From: Vicinamibacterales bacterium
Lineage (GTDB): Bacteria > Acidobacteriota > Vicinamibacteria > Vicinamibacterales > UBA8438
Length of the DNA: 64,000 nt
Direction of reading: 5' to 3'
Assembly: GCA_965197375.1 (NCBI GenBank)
Contig: CBDAMZ010000009.1
Location: 137,956-201,955 of the forward strand
Shown: positions 54,301 through 62,430 of the stretch, in pieces
Layout: every line of letters begins with the position of its first letter
Position numbering within the stretch: the first letter of the stretch is position 1
The notes under the pieces: generated by a model
What the model was told of the DNA's origin: nothing
Database searches by the model: none
Seen by the model: only the letters and a program-made list of their open reading frames with translations
Program-made: the position numbers and the translations under genes

Positions 54301-55913
54301 ATAGGTCCGATTATGAATGGTGGTTGCGATAGAATCACTTTTGCCAATTCACGTGGAACAACGGATGCCAAATGAGCATTCGCAGCGACATACCAGAGCG
54401 CTGGAGTGTGCTCAAAGTCACCGGGCTCAAGGCCGGCACAGCTCGCCAGTGCGTCCTCGAACAGGCTCGCATCCAGCTGCGCTGCGATCACGAAGAACCG
54501 TCCATCAGAATCGAGGTCGGCGAGCGTCAGACCACTCTTGCGTAGCCAAGCCAATGCCTCCTCTTGGTTCTTGTTATTCTTGATTGCGATGAATACTGCG
54601 GCTCGCGCAGTTCGTGACTCAAACTGTGACAGCTTGGCAATCGCACCTTCAAGATCGCCAGCGTAGGACTGCTCAAGGGCCTCAGCAATCGACACTTCCT
54701 CCGTATCTGCGAAACGGCGCGCGGCCCTAACGAGCTCCGGTCCCTCTGTATGACCGGGTTTGCCAAGCAAGAGCCGTGCACACCAAGCCACACCTCGCGC
54801 TTTTGTTATCGCGGGCGCCAATGCAAGATCGCCCGTAGAGAACGCTGTAGCTAGCCGCAAGGCTTGTTCATGAGGCCGTGCGCCGCTAAGGAACCGACTC
54901 TTCCGCAGACGCGTAAGGCGTCTCTCCGCCTCGGTGTTAACCAACTCTCGAGGCATTGCCACCGATAACGGAGAAGCGAACGTACTGGTTGTCAGTGTTG
55001 TCTCGATACGTACATGTGTGACGGGAATGCTTGTCGTACCTGCAGCGGTGTCCTGCAACGTGTCGTGGGTGACCAGCGTTGTGCGAGGACGCAATTGAGA
55101 GGGTGCCTTCAAGAAGTTCTTGATGTGAAGGTACGCCTCGGACTCCCGTGATGCTGGCGAGGCAATTCCAAGATGATCCGCATCAAGCGGAATTGGAGTT
55201 GGGAGCAATCCTGGGTCAGCGCGGTCGGGCGGGACAATATGGAACCCGAGTATGCTCTTAGTCTCGATCAGCGTCTTTATTGCAATGCCATTGTCCGCAG
55301 CGTACCCTCGAAACCATACGTTCAGATCTTGAAGACTCGGATTGTTACGTGCTAGTCCTCTCACGGCTGGCGACGGGCAGATGAGTAAACGCAGTATTCC
55401 GGTCCATGTGGCTAAATCGGCACCGCGATGAGGAGTTCCCAGGAATGCTATGCGACTGACTCGTTGGACAAAATTCGCTGCGTCTGGTTGCCGGGGCGAT
55501 AAATCATGCGCGACGCGCAGAATCTGTTCGAGGATCAGCCCACCGAAACTATGCGCAACGAATGCGATGTCCCCTTCAGCCAACCGCTCGTTCGTCAAGA
55601 GCAACGACAGGATATTGTTGGCTCGGTCGACTCGTGACATGGCGTGACCACGCCACAGAGTAGGCGCCGAATCATGTTCGATGCTCCAGACGCCAAGACG
55701 AGGGATATCATCTGCAAGCCACCGTGGCCACACCTCAGGCTTTCTACCGGAGGACAGCCACGGTTCTTTGTTCGAGAATCGAACCCCGTGAATCAACACA
55801 ACGTGCCTGTCAATAGACGCGAGGCTCGAGAGAGGGACTAGTTTCGACAGGATGAACTCCAAAGGATGTGCGAGATGGCGCCGATCGCAGGCGACGTTGC
55901 GCGATCGTGGCAC
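51273..55913 (-). CDS. giant protein: N-terminal lipase/esterase-like alpha/beta-hydrolase (DUF676/PGAP1/SesB-like) + >1200 aa helical-repeat region
   Basis: 1546-aa ORF. Hydrolase motifs: HVVLIHGVRF, IAFVAHSFGGLILEQI (nucleophile elbow, Ser122 at ~55548-55550), AFLGTPHRGADLA and LDADHLGIAS (Asp/His). The remainder is Leu/Ala/Glu/Arg-rich and TPR/helical-like, with no P-loop. The C-terminal ~500 aa contain several hhhD strands (IAIDPTALL, VLYIDSVSL, VAVIDDRYF) that could be a PIN-like fold (weak). Confidence 0.7.
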   Translation of the reverse strand: MPRSRNVACDRRHLAHPLEFILSKLVPLSSLASIDRHVVLIHGVRFSNKEPWLSSGRKPEVWPRWLADDIPRLGVWSIEHDSAPTLWRGHAMSRVDRANNILSLLLTNERLAEGDIAFVAHSFGGLILEQILRVAHDLSPRQPDAANFVQRVSRIAFLGTPHRGADLATWTGILRLLICPSPAVRGLARNNPSLQDLNVWFRGYAADNGIAIKTLIETKSILGFHIVPPDRADPGLLPTPIPLDADHLGIASPASRESEAYLHIKNFLKAPSQLRPRTTLVTHDTLQDTAAGTTSIPVTHVRIETTLTTSTFASPLSVAMPRELVNTEAERRLTRLRKSRFLSGARPHEQALRLATAFSTGDLALAPAITKARGVAWCARLLLGKPGHTEGPELVRAARRFADTEEVSIAEALEQSYAGDLEGAIAKLSQFESRTARAAVFIAIKNNKNQEEALAWLRKSGLTLADLDSDGRFFVIAAQLDASLFEDALASCAGLEPGDFEHTPALWYVAANAHLASVVPRELAKVILSQPPFIIGPISLADDVASLETRRKAQHLYQQSALAAQEFECLESSYDATDRALLLRLRDPDERHIAINDLEQSMRSPEHALRRLPIALQFGLTIDLDTVEQEIDRHISLSANGSRDAALARLAIAQTKPPVECAAYIRQHRHELAKHLNIFFLNSIEVESLVASGQLPLAKERLEELLNHDVPSEQRARLSQLIAEAESNRTVVRERQFASTNKLTDLILLVEALESERDWARLTTYAAILFERTNDLPSCQLYTRTLFETAKFQEVVELLRVHEDLLSRSEHLQSSLAWSLYNLGELAKCLDALTRLQEHRDCPEDRILAVNLAIASGDWHSLATFVEREWERRADRSAEELLRAGQIAQELTSARAQALIVEAAAKATDDPHVLLGCYSSAVAAGWEDETTVQWIERAATLSDSGGPVERVSLRDLIDRHPDWQQREAEAWDQFNAGLVPMFTCARLLSRSLAEFLMLPVLANVETIDPRRRVLLYSYSGARRGVSSRMPHSIAIDPTALLIAGTCGLLERIMRAVSRVVVPHSTLGWLFEEKQRIRFHQPSRVASAREIRRLVDSGLLKPIEPTAPIDEALASEVGRELACLFAEAKADWGSDRRPRRVVKSAPIHRVASLMEEEADIGLHKTYVCGCLAVIDALVQQGRLTRAEERRARTFLNLHETPWAENPAVAPGSVLYIDSVSLLYFQHLRLLPKFEASGFSLMISANHIAEGDRLIKYEALAERANAVIDHIREVLRNGIMNGKVRLAQRVQNEGPTDAALDHPAIDIIRIANCADVAVIDDRYFNQHSDISQNGGARTPLWTTYDLLSALQLEEEQRTDYLSRMRSAALAFVPVDFDELTVLLSRSTVVDDALAEGAEMKALRENLQLCRMSKGLTPAVESTWLDNLFHVLLDTIRSQWREDIDITTAAARSTWLLELLDIRGWSHRHVGEADRGDSHVRFRALLVALMTFKSEASERRHAYWEWLNNALLEDVRETQSDVFTASIQDASHLIMRSVTRLQNRTGDDD

Positions 55914-56209
55914 GCCTTCACACTATACTGTCTGAATCCCACGCTTTCTGCTTTCCGGAGCGGCGGGCCCGATGTCAACGTCACCACAGCAGCTCCGCAG
56001 TGAAGCTCACCGCGGTGAGCGATTCCAACAAGCCGAGGTTCTTAGCGCGCTTAAGAATCGCTCGGTTTCGGCTGGCATCATCCAAGCTGTGGCGGCGACG
56101 TGCCGGTGCCGGAGGACGACTGGGGCTACACGCCGGACGAGACCGCCGTGCGCCAGCCGTTGCGGCCGGCGTCCAACCCGGTCGATCTGACCCAGGCGGG
56201 CGGCCCCGG

Positions 56210-56539
56210 CTATGCCACCACGGGCTCGCGCATACGGCCCTGGGTTTTCAGCAGTTTCCGAAGGAATCGGACGACTGCTCGCCGATTCTGGTGCGATTGC
56301 ACGAGGATGTCCAGGACGTCACCGTCCTCGTCTACTGCGCGCCACATATACTGTTGGCGACCCTGGATCTTGACGAACACCTCGTCGAGATGCCGTTCCG
56401 GTGAGCAGGTCACCGTCCCAGTGCCCCGGGATGGCTCGATCTTCGATCTCCGCTGGCCGCTCGCGAATCGAGATAAGGCGAGAGACCTATCATCACGGAT
56501 CCATCTCGGCGTCACCGCAAGATCCCTCGCGGGCGGCAC
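56210..56539 (-). pseudogene. IS6-family (IS26-like) transposase fragment
   Basis: ...ERHLDEVFVKIQGRQQYMWRAVDEDGDVLDILVQSHQNRRAVVRFLRKLLKTQG matches the IS6 DDE region (W.lDEtyvKi.G...YLwRAvD..G..ld..l...Rd..aA..Ff.k.l). Confidence 0.7.
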
Positions 56540-56613
56540 GGCACATGTCCACCCGCCCCCAGTCGGTCACAAGGACTCGCCCTCTAGGCACTCCGCCAAG
56601 CCTAGTTCATTTG

Positions 56614-57249
56614 CTAGCTCGCTTGCGCTTCCGGGAGTATCCCCATACCGGTGCTTCCGTACTTCTCGTACATCGATTCGAACCTGTTACGTAGATCGTC
56701 GTTGCCAACAAGCTCCTCGTGGTACGCTCTCAGTCCACGGACGAACGCCAAATAGACACCCTCGACACTGACGAGGAAATGATCCGGCTTCTCAGGGTTC
56801 TCCAAGATATCGAAGTCCGGTCGCCGATTCACTAGCCAGATCTCCCGCTGCTGGTCATACAACGTGAACGAATGCAGCAACGGATTCCTGAGACCGAGAT
56901 ACAGCACTAGCGCCGAACGGCCAGGATCCTTGGATGTCGGGAACATGTATCGAGCCGCGAAGTTCCTGATTCTGGCACTCACACCGCCCACTTCATCTGA
57001 CCCGGCGTAGAACTTCGCTAGCAAATCTACCCCAGCCATCACAACCATCAGAGTCGCGAACAGCCGGTGCTCCCCGCGCATCGCCTCCTCTACTACTGCA
57101 TCCTCGTGGAGCACCTTCCCGATGAGGCAGTCCTGAGCTTCACGACGAACCAAAAACAGAGAGCTATATGTGCCTGAGCCGTACGTACCTGCTTCAGTGG
57201 GTTGCTCGGGACTCGTGAAAAAGAACGTGATCTTCTCGTCAAGCGTCAT
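56614..57249 (-). CDS. hypothetical protein
   Basis: 211-aa ORF in the AT-richer segment with ordinary composition. No motif recognised. Confidence 0.5.
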   Translation of the reverse strand: MTLDEKITFFFTSPEQPTEAGTYGSGTYSSLFLVRREAQDCLIGKVLHEDAVVEEAMRGEHRLFATLMVVMAGVDLLAKFYAGSDEVGGVSARIRNFAARYMFPTSKDPGRSALVLYLGLRNPLLHSFTLYDQQREIWLVNRRPDFDILENPEKPDHFLVSVEGVYLAFVRGLRAYHEELVGNDDLRNRFESMYEKYGSTGMGILPEAQAS

Positions 57250-57481
57250 GCGCCAATCCTACCTGGCGTGAACGGCCTGTAGACTAGGATTTCCATGTTG
57301 AGGGCGTCGACGCAGAAGCCCGCGTCGAGGGTGTTCGACAGCCGCCAGGCCAGCACATACCGACTCGCCAAGTCCATCTGCCACGCGGAACTGCGTGTTC
57401 GTGCTGTGACGGGAAGCGCTCAGGTGGTCGGTGATGAGTCGCTTGGCCATCGCCGTCACTCAATTGTGGGGCGTCGCTCTA

Positions 57482-57775
57482 CTAGACGGCAGCGGGGCGG
57501 TAACGCTTGACCCTGATATCGCCTTCGCGCATCCGTGCGCGGGCGATATCGTAGGACGCCTGCATCCGCATGAGCGTGTCCATCTTGATGCTGAAGGCCT
57601 TCTCGATGCGCAACGCCATGGTGCCGGACAAGTCGGAACGCCCGTTGAGGAACGTCGACAGTGCAGGACGGGAGACGCCGAGTACGGTCGCAGCGGCGGC
57701 GACGGTCAGGTTGAGCGGTTCGATAACCTCGGTCTTGACGAACTCACCGGGATGTGGGGGGTTCAGCATGCGCAT
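57482..57775 (-). CDS. higA: HigA-type antitoxin (XRE-family HTH)
   Basis: Track ORF 57482..57820. Start placed at M16 (MRMLNPPHPGEFVKTEVIEPLNLTVAAAATVLGVSRPALSTFLNGRSDLSGTMALRIEKAF), the typical HigA/VapI HTH. It lies downstream of the toxin gene, which is the hig gene order. Confidence 0.85.
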   Translation of the reverse strand: MRMLNPPHPGEFVKTEVIEPLNLTVAAAATVLGVSRPALSTFLNGRSDLSGTMALRIEKAFSIKMDTLMRMQASYDIARARMREGDIRVKRYRPAAV

Positions 57776-57788
57776 GGTCGTTCTCCCG

Positions 57789-58073
57789 CTAGTGATAATC
57801 CTCCAGGTCCACGTCAACAATCTCGTCGCCGTCGACCCGGAAGGTGAGCCGCCAGTTGCGCGTGACGTGGAGGCTCCAGGTACCCTTGTGGTCGCCAGTC
57901 AGTTGATGCGCCTTCCAGGTGTGGATCGTGCGTAACTCGTCAGACGTTCCCATATCCTGCAGAAATGCCAACATCCTGCGGAGTTTGTCCACGGCGGCGG
58001 CCGGAACCCCTCTGTGGTCGTCCCTGAGAAACAGACGACGGACACCCCGATGGACGATGTGCCGGATCGTCAC
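57789..58073 (-). CDS. higB: HigB-type toxin (RelE/ParE superfamily, 'plasmid maintenance system killer')
   Basis: 94-aa ORF. MTIRHIVHRGVRRLFLRDDHRGVPAAAVDKLRRMLAFLQDM...HQLTGDHKGTWSLHVTRNWRLTFRVDGDEIVDVDLEDYH matches the HigB/killer-protein pattern (L.G.r.g.wSi.v...wRl.F......v.l.dYH). Confidence 0.85.
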   Translation of the reverse strand: MTIRHIVHRGVRRLFLRDDHRGVPAAAVDKLRRMLAFLQDMGTSDELRTIHTWKAHQLTGDHKGTWSLHVTRNWRLTFRVDGDEIVDVDLEDYH

Positions 58074-58437
58074 TCGTTATGTGTAGCCTAACACATTACA
58101 GTCGGTAACGGTCGAGGACACCGGGGACCCGAGGCCGATCACTTGAGGCCCTCGGTTCGATTGCGATCGGGACGTCACGGAAACGGCAGGTCCTCTGTAC
58201 GAGGAGCGTTGCCACAATGTTGCCAAGACCGGGGTCGACTCGGGGGAACTCCCGGGGACTGGAGGGGACGGCCACACGGCGGGAACGTGATGACCGACAA
58301 AGACTTAGCGCCAGAAGTCCTTTGCCATCATTCACTTAGCAAATCGAGTGGTTCGGGTTCGACTCCCGAGGGCGATTGCGCACGCTCAACCTGCTACCGG
58401 TCCATCAGCACATGCCTAGAACCATTGGGACAGGACA

Positions 58438-59268
58438 CTAGGATTGGAGGCTCGCCCGGATCGTTTCGTAAAGTGTCTTCAGTATAGCCTTGGTCTCCTG
58501 CGCCGCTAGATTTCTCTCGTGGCGCGCCTCCAGCATGCGATAAGCTATTGCCCGTTTGTTCGGAGGGCTGATGCCCTTTGTCTGACACCATTGATCGAGG
58601 GCGATAACGCGACCGGTTCTCGGTATCTCCGCTTCTTTGATTTTGCAGCCATCCCCGTGCGAGCGCCTGAACTCTTCATTGATCGCACAAACATAGCTCC
58701 GCAGTTCCAGAAAGTCCTCAAGTACCGTATCGGACTCGTCAATCTTCGGAAGCGAATGGACTAGTGTGGCCGGTATACCAGCGGCGATGACCTTTTGGTA
58801 CAAAATTCGCCCTGATTTATCGTTGTCCGTTAGGAACACTACTCTTGGCGACTCATTCTTAACTAGCGCCAATTGCTCTTCGGAAGCACTTGATAGCCCT
58901 GGTGCGACCTGAAACCCAAGATGCTCGACCGCGAGTACTTCTTTCAGGAGCGCAGGTAGAAGGATCATGTCTGTGGCACCTTCGGTAAGAACAGCGAATC
59001 GAATCGGAATAAACGCCAATGTGCTGGCTCCCATTCCAAACAGCAATCGGGAGAAGCCAGGATAACCATTACTCCAGAACCAATTGTTTATCTGACTTAA
59101 GTGGTCGGTGGCTTCGACCATTCGAACGCCGAGACCGAGATCTTCAGGGAGGCAACCGAGAGAATGAGTCGTGTACACAACCTTTGCCGCAACGTCCTGG
59201 TGCGCGAGCATCTGCACAAGATCGGCCTGTGCGTCGTAGTGCAGGTGGCGTTCGACTTCATCTATCAA
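58438..59268 (-). CDS. OLD-family nuclease, C-terminal part (Walker B/H-loop of the ABC-type ATPase + Toprim domain)
   Basis: 276-aa ORF starting (TTG) at LIDEVERHLH. Upstream in the same frame is PPIV, giving PPIVLIDEVERHLH (Walker B). VVYTTHS is the H-loop. VLTEGATDMILLPALL (Toprim Glu) and VVFLTDNDKSGR (DxD) follow. Confidence 0.75.
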   Translation of the reverse strand: MIDEVERHLHYDAQADLVQMLAHQDVAAKVVYTTHSLGCLPEDLGLGVRMVEATDHLSQINNWFWSNGYPGFSRLLFGMGASTLAFIPIRFAVLTEGATDMILLPALLKEVLAVEHLGFQVAPGLSSASEEQLALVKNESPRVVFLTDNDKSGRILYQKVIAAGIPATLVHSLPKIDESDTVLEDFLELRSYVCAINEEFRRSHGDGCKIKEAEIPRTGRVIALDQWCQTKGISPPNKRAIAYRMLEARHERNLAAQETKAILKTLYETIRASLQS

Positions 59269-59270
59269 GA

Positions 59271-60389
59271 CTATCGGCGGACCTTAAGATTAGGGTGACT
59301 GGAGAGAAACATAAAGAGTGCTAGGAACTGGCGCAGCCCATCACTCCTCTCAGCGATGCGATCGAACTGACCACCCGGTGATTTAACAAGAATGTGTAGC
59401 ACTCTTCCGTCTAGCCGTAGCCGAACGGTGATTGGTGACTGCGACCAGTTTGTCTTTAGAAGGTCTCTCAGTATTGCATTCGCGCTGTCCAAAAGCGTTT
59501 CAATGTGGCCTTCGTCGTTGATGATGGCGGCGTCGTAGAGTTCCCTGAGCGTTAATCTCGCAGCACCCGAGAGATTCTTCAAAGCGCTCGGAATGGATAG
59601 CGGGTTGTTGGGTCTGAAAAGTTCCTCCAAGTTGTACTCAGACTCAAGTAGGCGATGGTCGTCGCTGAAGAATAGGAACTCCGGCTTCAATGCGAGGAGG
59701 GCCTTCGCCGCAGAATTCGCTGGGTGTGCAAGCAACTCGGACTCGGCTACTTTACGGAAGATGCTCGGGATGGCTTGGAGTTGCTCGGAAGCACCCTCAA
59801 CGATTGGGTCGATTACTTCTGCTTGGCTTTGGAGGATTTGGAGCTTCGCGCTCGAAAGAGTCTGATCCTCGTCCAAAAGCACCTCGCGAACAGCGTCGAA
59901 TTCTACAAACTCCTTCGCGGCCTCATCTTCCGACGACTCTCCAGCCGTGGATTCCGAAATTCTCTCTATTTCAGACCTCGCCGCGTCAAACGCGGAGAGC
60001 GCGCGTCGTCGCGGCTCGAGATCCCTTTCTGGCTCCGGGTTCTGGCGTGTTTCCAGAGGCCCGCCCTGGGCTTTCTTTGACAAAGAAAACCACCTTATCT
60101 CGGAGGCTTCTGGAATGTGGCTGATCACACGGTGGTCATCGTCATCGAGCAAGAAGGTCGCTTCGATGACGTAATCCTCTGGGCTGACAGATTTTCCCCG
60201 TGTCGTTTCCTGCGACGAGCCCGATAGGCGAAACTCGGTCTGGTGATTCAGGTGCTGTAGTGCGTCGAGGATGGAGGTCTTGCCTGACTCGTTCGGGCCG
60301 ACGACCGCCACGACTTTGGTATCAAAGTTGACTTTGGACCGAACAGAAAAGCGTCTAAATCCTTCGATCTCGAACCAAACCAGCTTCAT
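59271..60389 (-). CDS. OLD-family nuclease, N-terminal part (ABC/AAA_15-type ATPase, Walker A to signature motif)
   Basis: 372-aa ORF. MKLVWFEIEGFRRFSVRSKVNFDTKVVAVVGPNESGKTSILDAL carries the Walker A. It ends ...IAERSDGLRQFLALFMFLSSHPNLKVRR*, immediately before the Walker B encoded in another frame. Confidence 0.75.
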   Translation of the reverse strand: MKLVWFEIEGFRRFSVRSKVNFDTKVVAVVGPNESGKTSILDALQHLNHQTEFRLSGSSQETTRGKSVSPEDYVIEATFLLDDDDHRVISHIPEASEIRWFSLSKKAQGGPLETRQNPEPERDLEPRRRALSAFDAARSEIERISESTAGESSEDEAAKEFVEFDAVREVLLDEDQTLSSAKLQILQSQAEVIDPIVEGASEQLQAIPSIFRKVAESELLAHPANSAAKALLALKPEFLFFSDDHRLLESEYNLEELFRPNNPLSIPSALKNLSGAARLTLRELYDAAIINDEGHIETLLDSANAILRDLLKTNWSQSPITVRLRLDGRVLHILVKSPGGQFDRIAERSDGLRQFLALFMFLSSHPNLKVRR

Positions 60390-60699
60390 GTCTCTATCTC
60401 CCGCTCAGCTCCACAGCCGCACCACCTCGACTTTTCGCTTGAAGTGATAGAGCACGCCGACCACCGCGAGCAGCATCAACGATTCCGTGCAGGCAGCGAT
60501 GAAGAAAACGGCGAGTGGATACCCGGCCAAGCCGGAGCTACGCCTTTAGGTTCCGTGTGGCCCTGACGCTCACCCCTTCAGTATCTACCTCTTCACATCG
60601 GGGATCCAGAGGGCGACGCTCCCTGGCCGGTGATTGCTCGGATCTGGAGAGAGGTATCGCCAATCACTTTGACGTCATCTTCGGCCTGAGCCTTGAGCG

Positions 60700-61242
60700 T
60701 CAAACGGTTTCGGCTTGTTCAACCAGCCATTTCCGAATGTGGCCATCGAGTGGTGATAGGAATTCTTCGCCTGTCGACGCGTACACGCCAACACTCAATA
60801 GTCGAAGCTTCAGTGAAAATGGTCCGGCAGCACCGAGCGTTTTGAGCAGCTCGCTCGCGGAGCGCGGAAATGTCTTTGTCAGGAAGAAGAAGAGCGCCTG
60901 ATCGCCGTATTGCAGTTTTGCTGGCACCTTTGTCGAGTACGGGTCGTCGGGCGGAAACACAACGTACGATTGTCTTCGCAATCCTCTTTGCTTCCACATG
61001 ATCCCGGACACGACAACTTCCAGAGACCCGCGGTTTACAACCCGGATCTGGAGGAACTCTGCCCCGTCCCCTAACCGCTGGCCCGTCGGAATCATCCGCA
61101 CTATGGAGCAGGACACTCGAACCCTGTGCCTCGACATTCGGCTCGCCAAATAGAGCGAGACCAAGACCGCACACAGCGTCCCGAGTGCCGAGAACCATGG
61201 TGCGAAGGAGTTTATAAAATCCCAAGTCTCACGATCGGGCAT
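60700..61242 (-). CDS. hypothetical N-terminally membrane-anchored protein
   Basis: 180-aa ORF with a TM segment FAPWFSALGTLCAVLVSLYLA. It lies upstream of and co-directional with the OLD gene. No motif recognised. Confidence 0.5.
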   Translation of the reverse strand: MPDRETWDFINSFAPWFSALGTLCAVLVSLYLASRMSRHRVRVSCSIVRMIPTGQRLGDGAEFLQIRVVNRGSLEVVVSGIMWKQRGLRRQSYVVFPPDDPYSTKVPAKLQYGDQALFFFLTKTFPRSASELLKTLGAAGPFSLKLRLLSVGVYASTGEEFLSPLDGHIRKWLVEQAETV

Positions 61243-61540
61243 CTACTTCAAAGTCCGCTCGATGTGGGGCCGCTTGAACTCCATGCAAGCGCCCGGTGAA
61301 GGCGACGCTCGTGAATTGGCGGCCCTGGTCGGTGTTGAAGATCTCCGGCGGGCAATGGCGGGCCAGCGCGTCGTTGAGGGCGTCGACGCAGAAGCCCGCG
61401 TCGAGGGTGTTCGACAGCCGCCAGGCCAGCACATGCCGGCTCGCCAAGTCCATCTGCCACGCGGAACTGCGTGTTCGTGCTGTGACGGGAAGCGCTCAGG
61501 TGGTCGGTGATGAGTGGCTTGGCCATCGCCGTCACTCAAT
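61229..61540 (-). pseudogene. IS3-family transposase (OrfB/rve integrase core) fragment, frameshifted
   Basis: MDLASRHVLAWRLSNTLDAGFCVDALNDALARHCPPEIFNTDQGRQFTSVAFTGRL matches the IS3 rve core (D...R.vvgw..s......l...AL..A......P.i.HsDqGsQftS..F). A shorter tail of the same fragment opens repeat copy A (57297-57460). Confidence 0.7.
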
Positions 61541-61557
61541 TATGGGGCGTCGCTCTA

Positions 61558-61851
61558 CTAGACGGCAGCGGGGCGGTAACGCTTGACCCTGATGTCGCCT
61601 TCGCGCATCCGGGCGCGGGCGATATCGTAGGATGCCTGCATCCGCATGAGCGTGTCCATCTTGATGCCGAAGGCCTTCTTGATGCGCAACGCCATGGTGC
61701 CGGACAAGTCGGAACGCCCGTTGAGAAACGTTGACAGTGCAGGACGGGAGACGCCGAGCACAATCGCAGCGGCGGCGACGGGCAGGTTGAGCGGCTCGAT
61801 AACCTCGGTCTTGACGAACTCACCAGGATGCGGGGGGTTCAGCATGCGCAT
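61558..61851 (-). CDS. higA: HigA-type antitoxin, second copy
   Basis: Track ORF 61558..61896, start at M16. It differs from copy A at ~4 residues (LNLPVAAAAIVLG, RIKKAFGIKM). Confidence 0.85.
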   Translation of the reverse strand: MRMLNPPHPGEFVKTEVIEPLNLPVAAAAIVLGVSRPALSTFLNGRSDLSGTMALRIKKAFGIKMDTLMRMQASYDIARARMREGDIRVKRYRPAAV

Positions 61852-61864
61852 GGTCGTTCTCCTG

Positions 61865-62149
61865 CTAATGGTAATCCTCCAGATCCACGTCAACAATCTC
61901 GTCGCCGTCGACCCGGAAGGTGAGCCGCCAGTTGCGCGTGACGTGGAGACTCCAGGTACCCTTGCGGTCGCCAGTCAGTTGATGGGCCTTCCAGACGTGG
62001 ATCGTGCGTAACTCGTCAGACGTTCCCATATCCTGCAGAAATGCCAACATCCTGCGGAGTTTGTCCACGGCGGCGGCCGGAACCCCTCTGTGGTCGTCCC
62101 TGAGAAACAGACGACGGACACCCCGATGGACGATGTGCCGGATCGTCAC
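61865..62149 (-). CDS. higB: HigB-type toxin, second copy
   Basis: 94 aa, 2 differences from copy A (TIHVW, GDRKG). Confidence 0.85.
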   Translation of the reverse strand: MTIRHIVHRGVRRLFLRDDHRGVPAAAVDKLRRMLAFLQDMGTSDELRTIHVWKAHQLTGDRKGTWSLHVTRNWRLTFRVDGDEIVDVDLEDYH

Positions 62150-62430
62150 TCGTTATGTGTAGCCTAACACATTACAGTCGGTAACGGTCGAGGACACCGG
62201 GGACCCGAGGCCGATCACGAGAGGCCCTCGGTTCGATTATGATCGGGACGTCAATGAGAAGGCAGGTTCTCCTCGTAGGAAGCGTTGCCACAATGTTGCC
62301 ACGACTGGGGTCGATTCGGGGGGACTCCCGGGGACGGGAGGGCACGACCGAACGGCTGGAACGTGAGGGCCAACAAAGGCTTGTCGCCAGAAGTCCTTTA
62401 CCATCATTCACTTAAAAAATCGCGTGCGTC

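Larger units (their letters stand above)
57297..58367 (+). repeat. 1.07-kb direct repeat, copy A (IS3-fragment tail + higA + higB + ~290-nt upstream region ending in a T-loop-like core)
   Basis: Colinear with 61373..62443 at a constant offset of 4076 nt at both ends. It begins at GTTGAGGGCGTCGACGCAGAAGCC and ends at GGGTTCGACTCCC (58355-58367). The copies are nearly identical over higBA and more divergent over 58100-58350. Confidence 0.8.

Noticed and set aside
58096-58335. 79-aa minus-strand ORF (MNDGKGLLA...) and its twin at 62172..62411, conserved between the two repeats.
   Set aside because: The two copies differ by many non-conservative substitutions and indel-like changes, while the adjacent higBA genes are almost identical. 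The composition is Arg/Pro/Ser-rich and both use GTG starts. This behaves like non-coding sequence upstream of higB, which also contains an ATGTGT-N6-ACACAT dyad next to the higB start.
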